64,000 nucleotides of DNA, taken from the human T2T-CHM13v2.0 reference genome, Homo sapiens. Below are positions 24,276-38,294 of the stretch, piece by piece. The stretch lies in NCBI RefSeq assembly GCF_009914755.1, contig NC_060926.1; one strand, 5' to 3'. Both the position numbers and the translations under genes were made by a program. Each line of letters opens with the position of its first letter. Within the stretch, counting starts at the first letter, position 1. The notes under the pieces were generated by a model. The model was not told where the DNA came from. It made no database searches and worked only from the letters and a program-made list of their open reading frames with translations.

Positions 24276-27098
24276 TTAGGCAAGCATAATGGACAACCAC
24301 ATTTTCAATCTTCTCTGCACCCCTTTTTGTTTGTTCCTTCCCTCAAAAATTATACCCTAGAAATCTACAGTTCCCATGTTCTTTAAAGAGCAGTGGTTTT
24401 TCTGGAGAAGAATATGCCAAACAGAATTGCACTTCCTGAACCACATTTCTCTTTGTCTTCCATGATATAACTGGAGATGAACTCATTTAGAAAAAAAAAA
24501 AAATACCACATAGTTGGTACTGAAAGTGACACAGTGTGATCTGGAATGCAAATACAAGCTTTTGGTCCATGATCTGAATTTCTGCCTGTCAAGTAGGGAG
24601 CAGATTCAAGATGTTTGCGTTTGCTTTCTTTCTCAGAGAGATAAAGGAATACTCAAGAGCAAGGGGAAAATATAGGCCTTTGATTTATTCAATTCATTAT
24701 TACTTTTTGTCAAACATGTAGATAGAGAAAGTTCTTGTCATCACTGAATTTATAAGTCAGCAAGAAGGATCGACATTGGGCAAGGTTAGTTAATGCAATT
24801 GGTGCTTTGTAGGAGATGTACCAAGGATATGGGTACGTAGACAATGAGGGCTTAGCATGGCCTTAGAAAAAGGAAATGATGTGTTAGCTGAGACACAAAC
24901 ATGAATTAGACAGTGAGTAAGGCGGGTGTCTCTCTAGGCAGAGAAAACAGCACATGCCAAATTACAGAGAGTATATCAGTTAAGTGGCATTTTTGGAAAT
25001 TCTGAGAGAAAACACATGAGGACATTGTCAAGAGAACAGTTCCAGGGAATTCCACAACTGAGTGTGGGTTGGTGGGTGAGAAGGAGGGCACTCCTAGGGA
25101 CTAGGATAAGCCAAGATAAATCCTAGGAAGAGCCTATGGCATAAGCCACAGCGAACCTCCTACTGAGTCAGGCAGCTCAAAGCACAGAGCTGTCCATCAG
25201 GAGTAGGGTCAGCAAGAGAATCATCCCTGACAGCCTTCTTCCTGCCATGTGCTCCTTCTGAAGTCCTGGGCTGGGACTCCAGGTCTCTTCTCAATGCTTC
25301 TTGAAGTGACAGGAGCCTAGGGCAAGCCATGGGAGTGGTGGCTGACATGTATATGTTATGCTTTAGTTACCTGTCACATATTTTTAAAAAATGAATTGTT
25401 TCTAAAGGCAGGATAGGTATTTTGTCTATAAGCATATAGTCAATGTCAAAAAATATTTAATTAAATCACGTATTTCAAAAGCCTCACTCTTGCTCCATTA
25501 GATGTATAGGTAATTTTAGATAGCAAATTCAAATACGTTTATCAACCCACTTTTCTATCAGCAACTTCCTAACAAACATTTGGATGAAAAATCAACACAC
25601 TGAGAAGTCAACAGATATTTTTTTGTTTCTCTGAGGCAAAAATCTTTAGTGATTCACTATCCTTTTCTACTTCCTCTTTTTTCTTTCCTCAGCACACATC
25701 TCTCCTTTTAATTTTCATCCCCATAGATTACAAAATCTTGCAGAAAATTAGGTCACTATATGCCTCACCCAAAGGGAAACTCCGAAAATGTAGAAAAGAA
25801 AATTAGTTCACCTTCAAGAAGTAATTTTAACTTCACTCTAAAATAAAAACTCAGAAATTTATATTGACAAAAGAAAGTTGAGCTTTCTCTCCTCTCAGTT
25901 TTTTCCTCTATTTTCCCATGTTTCAGGACAGAGGCTGCTGCCACAGAGCCTGTTCTTTGGATTCTGGAAGACACGGTGTAGAATGTAATGCTAGGGGTTT
26001 GCAAGAATATTACTGACATCTTCCCAAATGAAACCTTCGCCCTTTATTTTAATCATTGTTGCCTCTGTATCTGAAGCATCTAGAAGAATGAACGGTACGG
26101 AGCAGACACTCAAGCAGTATTGGCTGAATAAATAATTGACTGACGCCTTATCAAATCAATACCTACTAACTTTAGAAATTTTGGAAAATACATGTGTGCA
26201 TGCACATGTGCAATATTACCATCCTGATTATCACCGTTAACATTTCAGCGAAATATTTTTGGAAGATTCCATACTAACGTTGTTGAATCTCCTAAAGAGA
26301 TCATGATGATTGAATCCTGGAAAAGTTAATCAAGGCAGTCAAGAGGGCCAGGGACAGGCAAAAAACTGATTTGAAAGAGAAGCTGAGAGGAAACTTTAGG
26401 ATGAATCTTTTCAAATAAGTTCAAGCAGGCCAATAGAATCATTTACTCCAGAAAATCTCACTAAGGTGCCTTCAGGAACACAGTATGAAGGAAAAGAAGA
26501 TTGTGTCTGACTGTATGAAAAAAAAAAAGCTATAGGTCTTGAAGTTTCTGTTTATGGCAGATAATATATAGCACTTGACCTCTCTCACCCTGTAATCTAT
26601 GAATCTCTATTATTTCCCTTGATATGTACCAGCCTCAAATTTGATTCTACTTTGACTGGCAGTGAGAGTTGTTCACACTCCAATATTTACAGAAAACATC
26701 AATTTCCAGAAGCCTAGATATTTATGAATTATATTAGAATTATTTGTGTGATATACAGCAAATGTATTGCTGACCTAGTTAGAATTCTTTCAAAAGTGCT
26801 TTGTTAGTGCATTTGAGAAGCTTAATGTGCAGGGTGGCCTGTTTAGAGTAGGTTCCAATTAATTCATCATGTCCAGCTATAGTGACAGCTACTTTAAGTT
26901 TTGGGCCAAGAACAAGTTTATTCAATCCCAAATCTGTACATCCATTCTGCCTAGAAGGTAACCTCATTGCACGTCACCTAGCAGTGGCCACAACCCCCTG
27001 GGCTGAGCAGATTTCTTCCCCTTCTCCAACAACCTCCCTTTGCTCAGCACATGTCTGTGTTCTCATTCCTGATCATCGCTGATCTACTCGAAACCTTA

Positions 27099-27476
<378 letters not shown>

Positions 27477-27666
27477 TTAGGGAGTTTCCAAAATTATAAC
27501 TTCTCAAATTATTGTGCTTTGACTAACCAGTAAATAAATCTCTAAGCAAAAGAATGGCTTAAGAAAATATGTGTGCTAGGACAGGAAAGTGCCTGGCCAC
27601 AGAGCCAAAGCTCAAAAATATTAAAACAATAAAGAAGAAAAATAGAAGATCAAATCCACATCAGTA

Positions 27667-28060
27667 ATTCATTCAACAAATATTAATTGAAGGCTTACTA
27701 TATGCCAGATACTTGGGTCAGGGCTGATGGTGAGCAAAACAGATGGAATCCCTGCTCTGAGGAATCTCACAGTCTACGGTGGACAGAAATATCAGTCAAG
27801 TAACTGAAAGAGAAATGTAAAATGGCAAAATGTACAACAGTTTAGATGTGTTACTAGTATGACAGTATTTGATTATAAGATGTGATATAGCCATAAAATA
27901 TTGTTAAAGTAGTAGCATGTATTAAGGCTATGGGAAGAGGGGAGCAGCATTGTGTGTTTGAACAAAGGAAGGAAGGCTGGTGTGGTTGGAACTGAGAGAG
28001 ATTAGCTTAGAGAGGAAAATAGGGACCAGACAATTCTGGGGCTTTTAAGACATGTTCAAC
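27667..28060 (-). mobile_element. L2 3' end, antisense
   Basis: ATTCATTCAACAAATATTAATTGAAGGCTTACTATATGCCAGATACT. Confidence 0.75.
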
Positions 28061-28295
28061 TACATGCACAAGGAAGCGGATTTACATAGGATCTCAAACT
28101 GACATTTAGTCACATGATTTGCCTGCACAATTTGTCCATACATAGTATTGATACTTCTTTTATGTTAGAGATGCTGATGAAAGGAAATGATTGAATGGAA
28201 ATGGGGTGAGCTAGTCTGTGTATTGAACTTCAACACAAGGTCCTGATATGAGTGCTTCAAACCCAATACCTTGCATTCTTCTTCCCACCTGGTTT

Positions 28296-28693
28296 CTTTT
28301 TATTTTTAAATTTCAACTTTTATTTTAGATACAGCAGGCCCACGTGCAGGCTCATTGCATGGGTATATTGTGTGATGCTGAGGTATAGTGTACTCATCCT
28401 ATCACTCAGTTAATGAGTATAATACCCATTAGGTAGTTTAGCAATACAATCCCACCTCCCTTCTGCCCCCTCAGTAGTCCCCAGTGTCTATTGTTCCAAT
28501 AGTTATGTCCATGTGTGCTCAGTATTTAGCCCCCACTTACAAGTGAGAACATGCAGTGCTTGGTTTTCTGTTCTTACGTTAATTCAGTTAGGATAATGCC
28601 CTCCAGCTGCATCCATGTTGCCGCAAAGGACATGATCTCATTCTTTTATGGCTGCATAGTATTCCACGGTGTATATGTACCACATTTTCTTTA
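28296..28693 (-). mobile_element. L1PB-type 3' end, antisense
   Basis: TTTCAACTTTTATTTTAGATACAG...CCCACTTACAAGTGAGAACATGCAG...GTACCACATTTTCTTTA. Confidence 0.88.
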
Positions 28694-29234
28694 AAAAAAA
28701 AAAATAGTTTTCTGTGAGTGAGTTTAGCATGCAGTGATGCACTGCATCATCTTTTGTTTGTGGTTGCAACAACGTGTCGCTGTACGCTGTCCTGTGGCGT
28801 TAGCTAGAGGTGGCCCCTTGAAATTACTTATGTCTCCCAGTTGATAATCACAGTAGAATTAGCTGGAGACATTCACAGAGATGTCCTGTCACATATCTGA
28901 TTTTCAGGAGGTCTAGAGTTACTGTGGAGGAAAACAGATTTGAAACTTGGTTTTGACTCATGTCTGGAAAAGTATAGAAAAAATGCAATTGGCAGAATTC
29001 AGATTTTAAATGTGGCAAGAGCCTGAGGGTATTAGAATTCAAAATTTTGGAGAGAGAGGGTGCTATAGTAAAGCACAAATACTGCATCTTTTAGAGGCCC
29101 ATCCACTCTGCTTGAGACTCACACTTCAAAGAGGGGTTTGTGGAGGGTATTCTCCATTCGACAGAAAGGTGGAGCTGGAGAAACGTGAGAAATAAAGCAG
29201 ATTAAGTCAAGGGGTCTTAAAAGTTAGGAAAGTA

Positions 29235-29531
<297 letters not shown>

Positions 29532-30663
29532 GAGCAAAAGAGTTAGGAAAGTAATGAGGTTGGCCCAGAAGGACTAGAGAGACCTCAGCAGACAGATCTC
29601 TGCAGACAGACAGACCCCCACAGCAAGGGAGGAATGCCAGTGGGAGGGGAAGAAGGAGCAGGACTGAAGGCACAGACTAGAGCTTGGAGGACAAGACAAG
29701 GAAACCTGTCCTGTGTTCCTCTGGGTACTCCAAGGTACATGATCTGCTATGTGAGCATAGAAGCTGTTGATCTAGTATATGCAGGAAAAAGTGGACAGTT
29801 GTCATCCTCAGAACTTACCTGCTAGTGGGATTTATGGGACAACCCAGTTCTGTTGTGCTAGACTATCTAGCTCTATGCTTGAAACATACATAGATAATAT
29901 TGTTCATGTGTGCGTATATGTGTGTGCATGTACGTGTGTGTGTGTGCATGGTCAGTTGTACCAGCAAGAGTAATATAATGGTTCAAAGATCCTCATCTTG
30001 GAAAATGCCTCATGCTATGAAGTTGAATACTGCATATCACCAGATATCAAAGTCCCATAAGAGGGTAAAATCACCTTTAAATTGAGAACTGAAGTTATAT
30101 TTGTGGGCCCTCTTCTATCTCCTTGTGAGACATCCTTGTGCTAATCTGGATGCGAAACTTGCGTGATAGGAGAAGACACGCTGAACCGGAAGGTCTGTGC
30201 AATGTGGAAGGAGGTGTGCTTTTCATGTCTCTTATACTCATTGAACCATGAGTGCAAAATGGCTTCACCTGTGCCACAGTACTTGGCGGGATCATGATGT
30301 CAATTAGGTTTCATGAGACTCTGTAAAGCAAATTTGTTTATTTGCTCACTGAGTTATCCAAAGACAAAAGGAGGACTGTGCCTCCAGCACAATAATTAAT
30401 TATAAAGTCATCACACATATTTCATTAATGTTGGCTGGCTTCTCAGAAGTCCCTCTCAGAGGGCAGGGGCCATGTGTAAGTATAACTCTATTTAGCATCT
30501 ACTAAAAAGACACTTTGATTGGAATCTGTGTGATCATAAACTTCTTTACTAGGTTGTGTGTTCCTTGAAGGAAAGGATTTTATCTTTCATTTATTCAATA
30601 AATATTTATAACTTTATAAAGTAGTAAAAAATACCAAAAATATCTTCATGCAGCTTATGTTCT

Positions 30664-31850
30664 GTTTTTTAAAATTTAATTATTTTTAATTGGTAAATAA
30701 TAATTATATATATTTATGGTGTGCGATTTGTTATATGTATATACTTGCAGAATGATTAAATCAAGCAATTAAAATATTCATCACCTCACATATTTATCAT
30801 TTCTTTGTGGTAAGAATGTTTAAACCTAGAAGGACCCTATAAAATTGAACTTTATACTCTTTCACCAGCATCTCCCCTTTACCTATTCACCTGTCCCCAG
30901 CTCCCCAGCCTGTGATAATGACCACTCCACTCGTTACTTCTACTGAGTTTGACTATTTTAGATTCCACATATAAGTAAGATGATGCAGTATTTGTCTTTG
31001 TCTTATTTCATTTAATATAATGTCCTCTAGATTCATCCATGTTGTCACAATGACAGAATTTCCCTCATTTTTAAGGTTGAATTGTATTCCATTTGTGTAT
31101 ATATACCACATTTTCTTTTTTTATTCATCTTTTTCCTGAACACTTGGGTTGCTTCCATATCTGTGCTATTGTGAATAATGATGCGATAAACATGAGAGTT
31201 CACGTATCTCCTAGACACAGCAATTTCAATTCCTTTGGTTTTCTACCCAGAAGTGGGATTGCTGAATCACATGGTAATTCCATTTTTAATTTTCTGAGGA
31301 GCTTTCATACTATGGCTCTGTAATAACTATACTAATTTATATTCCCACCAATAGTGTCCAAGGACTCCCTTTTCTCCACATCTTGCCAATACTTATCTTT
31401 CATCATCTTGGTAATAGCTCTTCTAACAGGGAATATTGTGGTTTCAATTTGCATTTCCCTGATAATTAGTAATGTTGAGCCTTTTTTCACGTATCTGTTG
31501 GTGATATGTATGTCCCTTTTTTTGAAATATCTATTCAGGTCTTTTCACCCACTTTTTTAATCAGGTCATTTGGGGGTTTTTTGCTATTAAATTCCATATA
31601 GATTTGGATATTGATTCCTAATCAGATGCATTGTTTGCAAATATTTTCTCACATGCTGTGGGTTGTCTTTTCACTCTGTTGTTTCCTTTTCAGAAACTTT
31701 TAAATATGATGTAATCATCCCATTTGTCTATTTCTGCCTTTATGGCCTGCACTTTTGGGGTAGTATCCAATAATTCATTGCTCAGACCAATATCATGGAG
31801 CTTTCCTCTTTGTTTTCTTCTAGTAGTTTTATAGTTTCAGGTCTTATACA
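30664..31850 (-). mobile_element. L1MA-type 3' fragment, antisense
   Basis: GAATGATTAAATCAAGCAATTAAAATATTCATCACCTCACAT...TTTTCTTCTAGTAGTTTTATAGTTTCAGGTCTTA. Confidence 0.85.
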
Positions 31851-31859
31851 TCGAGTATT

Positions 31860-32090
31860 TCTCTAACACTTCTATAATGCTGACTGTATTCCAAGCGCAG
31901 GTCAAAGCTCTTGACATATATTAACAACTTAAAGCAACAACCCAATGAGGCAGGTACTAGGCTATTTCTATCTTATATACTGAAGGAGACTAAAGCAGAA
32001 GCAGTTTAAGTGTTGTCCAAGGGTGCACAACTAGTAAGTGGTGGTGCTGGAATTTGTACCCTGGCAGTTTGGCTTCAAAGTCTACCTGTG
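31860..32090 (-). mobile_element. MIR SINE
   Basis: CAACAACCCAATGAGGCAGGTACT...GTCCAAGGGTGCACAACTAGTAAGTGGTGGTGCTGGAATTTG. Confidence 0.75.
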
Positions 32091-32320
32091 TTTTCACTTT
32101 ATTATCTCTTTCCTTTTAAATTACCTTTTTATTACTAGTGCCTAGCATAGCTCTCTGCAAAGAATAAATGAGTGCTAATTGAATAAGCCAATGAAACAAT
32201 GACATTTATCATGCTAATGGTGATGATGATGAAAAGATACTGATAATAATGATTTATATTAATTGAGTTGCCACCCATACTATGTTTCATAATTTGTAAG
32301 CACCATATCATGAGATCTTC

Positions 32321-33348
32321 TTTTTTTTTTAATTACTATACTTTAAGTTCTGGGATACATGTGCAGAACGTGCAGGTTTGTTACATAGGTATACATGTGC
32401 CTTGGTGGTTTGCTGCACCCACCAACCCGTCATCTAGGTTTTAAGCCCCGCATGTATTAGGTATTTGTCCTAATTCTCTCCCTCCCCTTGCCCCCAACCC
32501 CGCAACAGGTGCTGGTGTGTGATGTTCCCCTCCCTGTGTCCATACGTTCTCATTGTTCAACTTCCACTTATGAGTGAGAACATGCAGTGTTTGGTTTTCT
32601 GTTCCTTTGTTAGTTTGCTGAGAATGATGGTTTCCAGCTTCATCTATGTCCCTGCAGAGGACATGAACTCATTCTTTTTTATGGCTGCATGGAATTCTAT
32701 AGTGTATATGTGCCACATTTTCTTCATCCAGTCTATCATTGATGGGCATTTGGGTTGGTTCCAAGTCTTTGCGATTGTGAATAGTGCTGCAATAAACATA
32801 CGTGTGTATATGTCTTTAAAGGAGAATGATTTATAATCCTTTGGGTATATACCCAGTAATGGGATTGCTGGATCAAATGATATTTTTGGTTCTAGATCCT
32901 TGAGGAATCACCACACTGTCTTCCACAATGGTTCAACTAATTTACACTCCCACCAACAGTGTAAAAGCATTCCTATTTCTCTACATCCTCTCCAGCATCT
33001 GTTGTTTCCTGACTTTTTAATGATCACCATTCTAACTGGCATGGGATGGTATCTCATTGTGGTTTTGATTTCCATTTCTCTGATGACCAGTGATGATGAG
33101 CTTTTTTGCATGTTTGTTGGCTGCATAAATGCCTTCTTTGGAGAAGTGTCTGTTCATATCCTTTACCCACTTTTTGATGGTTTTTCGGTTTTTTTGTAGA
33201 TTTGTTTAAATTCCTTGTAGATTCTGGATATTAGCCCTTTGTCAGATGGATAGATTGCAAACATTTTCTCCTATTCTGTATGTTGCCTGTTACTCTGATG
33301 ATAGTTTCTTTTGCTGTGCAGAAGCTGTTTAGTTCAATTAGATCCCAT
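32321..33348 (-). mobile_element. L1PA7-10-type 3' end, about 1 kb, antisense
   Basis: Poly-T then TATACTTTAAGTTCTGGGATACATGTGCAGAACG; ORF 32908-33126 gives the ORF2 cysteine-rich motif RCWRGCREIGMLLHCWWECKLV. Confidence 0.95.
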
Positions 33349-34639
33349 ATCTGAATAGCAATAGTGTTGGTGTTTAGCAGCTTCCCTAGACTGATAGTAA
33401 ACCTGAGACCTAGAAAAGTTAACCTAACCACATAATGTTAGATACCTGGTAAGCTATAGAACCAGCGCTTGAATCCTGGTCTTCCTAACGCTAATAGCCA
33501 TGCTCTTTCATTACAGCTAAAAGTCACCAGTTCTGGGATTATTTCTGCCATTTGTTTAGTGGCTTGAGAACAATTATTTATAACATCTTGTTGTACATGA
33601 ATCTCACCTTATAAAATAAGATTAAAATAAACTTTGCCAAGCAAAGATTGTTGAAAACATAAAAATTCTCAAATAACAAAATAAAAACTGGTCTTTCTCC
33701 ACATACATACTCAAAAGTGCACTCACACACATATATACTCTTACCCCACAGGATAGAAAGTTTAAAGTCACTATGCATCACCCATAAATCCCCATAGATC
33801 TAATCCAAACAGTCTGAATGAAATCGAGATAAATATAGTAGGCGCAATGGATAGAATACAATTTGTGATTTAAAATCCATAAAGTCACTCTAAGGGCATT
33901 ATGATTTATTCCATATTAAACCCATTTCCCAATCCTAATATTTATGCCCACATGTTTTTAATATGCTGTTTAACCACACATTTTACAGATATAAACATCA
34001 CCATATGAGCTTTCAATTAGCACTGATTTTCTTCCTGAAGACGTGCCTATTGGAATGAAATGTTAGGAATAGCTGGGAACTGATGTATGTGGAGTTAAAG
34101 TGCTGTTAATTCAATTGCTTTATCTGATCCAAAGTCACTTAGATTATATTAAATTAGCCATCTGCTTGGCTTTCACCTTGGAATGTCTGCCAGATGCTGA
34201 ATGTGTTTGCAGAGTTCATTAGCAGACCCAACCTTAACAACTTTTTTGTGGTGTAACACCAGTGACCAGAAGTTTTCCTGAAAAGACATCATAGGAAAAA
34301 AGAAGTATAAGCTACACTTAAATAAATGTTTTTAAAATGAAATGTTTACATTTATTCTCAAATTTAAAAATCATTTTATTGGAAGGGAATTTGGACAAAG
34401 GATTCCTACTAAATACCAGCTGATCTTTCGCTTCTCTTTTGACAGGCAATGACAATTGATCATACTCTAATATTAATAAAAATACCAATTTTCACAGATC
34501 TAGATATTATTAATTATGTTAGAACTATTCATGCAATATACACCAAAGGGAATCTTCTACCACTTTACACTTCTAATTTAATTTTGTTGAGTGAATTCCC
34601 AAGAGCAGATGACTATTCTACCTTGTAGTATATTATGGT

Positions 34640-35690
34640 GCAGTATAGTCTAGTGATGGAAATTAATATGTAAAATCTAATTTTATTACCATGACAAAGA
34701 AACTATTAGGTGAGGACCACTACATTTTGAGGAGTTATAAGCAGCAACATTTGAGTTGGTTCTTTAACATTTTAGAATAACTGTATGTAAGGCATCCCAG
34801 GCAAAGTAAGCAATTATGAAAAGGCTTTTTCAGTTGGGGAATTAATAATAGAATGTGGCAACTGGAGAAAGATGAGGCTGGAAAGACTCTCAGAGGCCAG
34901 ATAATGAAGATCCTTGATTACTGTCTAGGAAATTTGGTTGTTAATTGATCGATTATAAACAGGGAGCCACTGAATTAGTTTTAAGCAGAGAAGTTACATG
35001 GCATAGCATGTCATTTAGAAACATAATAAAAGTATAAAATATATAAATAAATTAAGCAAATCAAAGTCACCTAACTTAAGAGATTATTGTAAAGGCACAG
35101 GAGAGAAAATGAAAACCTTATCCTAAACAGAGAAAGTGGAGATGGAAAGGGGAGAGATTTAACAGTTAATTAGGAAATAAATGCAATGAAATGTGTTTCA
35201 CAATTAGAAATGAGAATGTAAACAGAGGAAGATATTGCTTTAAGATTTCTGATTTGTATGATAGATGATTATGAGTTCCAATTTAGGAGGAAGGTTATGG
35301 AAATTAGAGGGAATATGGGGCCATGACTTTATCTTTGGATATTTTAGATTTAATGTGACTATTAGATATTCTTGGAGGAATGCCTGTAGATAATTAGTTT
35401 ATAAGTCTGAAATTCAAGACAGTGATCTGGGCTAGAGATACAAAGTTAAAGTTCATTGCTGTGTATTCTAAATTTGGGATGGTAAAAATTAAATGAAGCT
35501 ATCTAGGAAGTATATGTGTAATGAGAAGATAAGGATACTCAACATAAGACTCAAAGTAATATTATTGTCTAAGGCATGGGAGGAAGAAAAGATTGCAAAG
35601 GACTGCTCAAAGAAGTAAAAGGAAAACCAGAAGAAGATATGATGGCAGAAGACATTGGAAAAGAGAGTAACTATAACAAGCAAAAAGGAT
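34640..35690 (-). mobile_element. L2 relic, antisense
   Basis: Purine-rich L2 phrases GGGAGCCACTGAATTAGTTTTAAGCAGAGAAGTTACATG and GTGATCTGGGCTAGAGATACAAAGTT. Confidence 0.65.
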
Positions 35691-35769
35691 CAGGACAGTC
35701 TAATGTTACAAAGACATATTCTCTTTTACTCACAGTACTATCAAACCCAATAAGTCAAATTAAAGTACT

Positions 35770-35899
35770 GAGGAAGAGGAAGAAGAGGAAAAGCTGGTGG
35801 TAGCTGAGGAAGAGGAGGAGCAGAAGAAAAAGGAAAGGAGGAAGAGGAGGAGGAGGAGGAGGAACAAAAGAAGGAGAAGTAGTTGAAGAAGGAGAAGGA
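35770..35899. repeat. GA-rich low-complexity tract, (GGA)n/(GAA)n
   Basis: GAGGAAGAGGAAGAAGAGG...GGAGGAGGAGGAGGAGGA; explains the poly-Pro ORF 35755-35988. Confidence 0.9.
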
Positions 35900-36906
35900 C
35901 AGGCACAGAAATTAATGAAATGTTTTGAAGCTATCCAAACCTGATTATATATAAAATAAATTCTACAAATTCTGAGACTAGGTTTCATGGCTTAGTTACT
36001 AATTTATCCATCCACAATGAGAAAATCAGATGTGGGAGACAGTTGATAACATTTAATAAACTAAGAACAATATTACCATGTTTGATTTAGAGTAGTCAAA
36101 TGTCTTTCCAGTACATAATGTCAGAGAAAGTTTAATCAGCATTATGAACTACTTGGAAAATTGTTATTATATCATTCTCATCCTCATTTTATCATGAAAA
36201 AATGAATACTTAGAAATATAAAAGTTAAAAAACCTGCTTATTCTCATACCGTCTGTGATGAGACTATATGAGAATAGGACATTTAGGACCCAAGCCCAAA
36301 TGTCTTGGCTTCAAATTCTAATCTGTAGTAGAAAAGTAAAATGCATTCTGAGTTCTGTGATGAACACTGCAACTGTCTTGGCCAGATCATCTCTCTCCTT
36401 CAGGGAGTAAATGAGAGACTTCAGATGAACTCCCTTCCAGCTCTGTGAGTCTGCATTTCTATTAAATATTCTGAAAGTTTTGCAATTGTAAATGTCCCCC
36501 AGTATTAATGAATACTTACCCAAACCTACAAAAATACTACTTTAAATTCAATTAATTTTCTAAAGAACTAAAGTTTATATCTTGGAGCAAAGTATTTCAT
36601 TTTGATTAATTATCATTCAATATTTATAAAAGTTCACATTTCTGCTAGGTTGGAGCACTAGCTCCCATAACAGGCTATAATAAATGATAATGGATAATTA
36701 TTATTTCAATTACCTTGCTCCTTTTTTTAGAGATACTCGCTTGTATTGCAAATTGGACAATCCTCATTCATTTTGATGTACTAGTTCCAAAGTAACTTGT
36801 AGGCATTCATTGATAATGGTAATGTATTTGAGTCAAGGGATATTCAGAACTGAATTGACAGCAACTTACTCAACACATCAACTACACATTTCACCTGCTT
36901 TATTAA

Positions 36907-37815
36907 TTTTTTAATAGACATTAGTTTTTAGAACAGTTTTAAATTTATAGAAAAATTTAGATGGTGCAGATAATCCCCGTATGTCCCACACCCATAATTG
37001 ACATCCTATAGAAGTACGTTACATCTGTTACAACTAATGAACCAGTTTTGACATATTATTAACTGAATTCCATAGGGCATTTAGTTTCCCAATATTGACA
37101 CATTTTTATTAACTCAAGGCCATTGTTCATTCAAATTTCCTTAGTTTTCTCCTAATATCCTTTTTTTTATTTTCTTTTTCAAGATCCCTTTTAGGACGCC
37201 ATACTAGTTAGTTGTCACGTCTCTTTATTCTCCGCATATTTTTGACAGTTTTCTTGTTTTTGATGACTGACAGTTTTGAGGAGTACTTCTCAGGTGCATT
37301 ACAGGGTTTTCCTTTATTGATAGTTGTCTGATGTTATTTCTGATGGTTAGACTGAGACTAGGGGTTTTGTGGAGGAACATAACCGAGGTAAAGTGTCATT
37401 TCCATCACATTATATCAAGGGTAAAAACTATCAACATAATTTATGACTGCTGATGCTGACCTTGGTCACCTTTTGGCTGAAGTCATGTTTGTTGGTTTTC
37501 TCTACTGCACTGTTTCTCTCTTTTCCCCTTTCCATACTATATTATTTGGAAGAATGTCACTATGCAAAGTACAATTTAAGGGGAGAGAAGTTATTTTCCC
37601 TCTCTTTGCAGGTGGAATATTTAAATAGCTTATTTAGAATTTTTTGCATAGAAGATTTGTCTGTTCTCCTCCATTTAATAATTAATTTAATCATTTGTTT
37701 ACATCAGTATGTTCTGATGGATATTTATTTCATATTTTCGCTAGCAATTCAGTACTATTTCATTTGTCACTCAGATTGTTTCAGCTTTTGCCATTGGGAG
37801 CTCTATTAGTTGGCT
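36907..37815 (-). mobile_element. L1MC/MD-type 3' end, antisense
   Basis: TTTTTAGAACAGTTTTAAATTTATAGAAAAATT...GATTGTTTCAGCTTTTGCCATTGGGAGCTC. Confidence 0.75.
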
Positions 37816-38073
37816 CACTTGCTTTATTTTACAGGAACATCAGTGTATATTTGTCTGCTCTGGAAATAGCCTTCTAAGTAGGGACCATGGGAAAAAGTTA
37901 ATAGGGAGAAAAAGCAAGTGTTCAAAATAAAATATTCTAATTAAATAAACAAAATATAAAAATGTTAAGTCAGTATGTAAAAATATTTCTAATGTACTTA
38001 AATGACAAAATTTAAGTTAATGATAGAATACAAAGATATTTACTTAGCATTATAAATAATTATGATACTATAT

Positions 38074-38294
38074 ACAGGAAGGGGAACATCACACTCTGGG
38101 GACTGTTGTGGGGTGGGGGAAGGGGGGAGGGATAGATTTAGGAGATATACCTAATGCTAAATGACGAGTTAATAGGTGCAGCACAACAGCATGGCACATG
38201 TATACATATGTAACTAACCTGCACATTGTGCACATGTACCCTAAAACTTAAAGTATAATAATAATAAAATAAATAAAATAAAATAAAATAAAAA
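38074..38294 (+). mobile_element. Young L1PA3-like 3' end with (TAAAA)n tail
   Basis: ACAGGAAGGGGAACATCACACTCTGGGGACTGTTGTGGGG...TTAGGAGATATACCTAATGCTAAATGACGAG...CCCTAAAACTTAAAGTATAATAA. Confidence 0.95.

Noticed and set aside
30105-30150. Weak minus-strand resemblance to U6/U6atac (GATTAGCAC..CAAGGA..GAAGAGGGCCC)
   Set aside because: Only short gapped matches, with no 5' stem or 3' end similarity.
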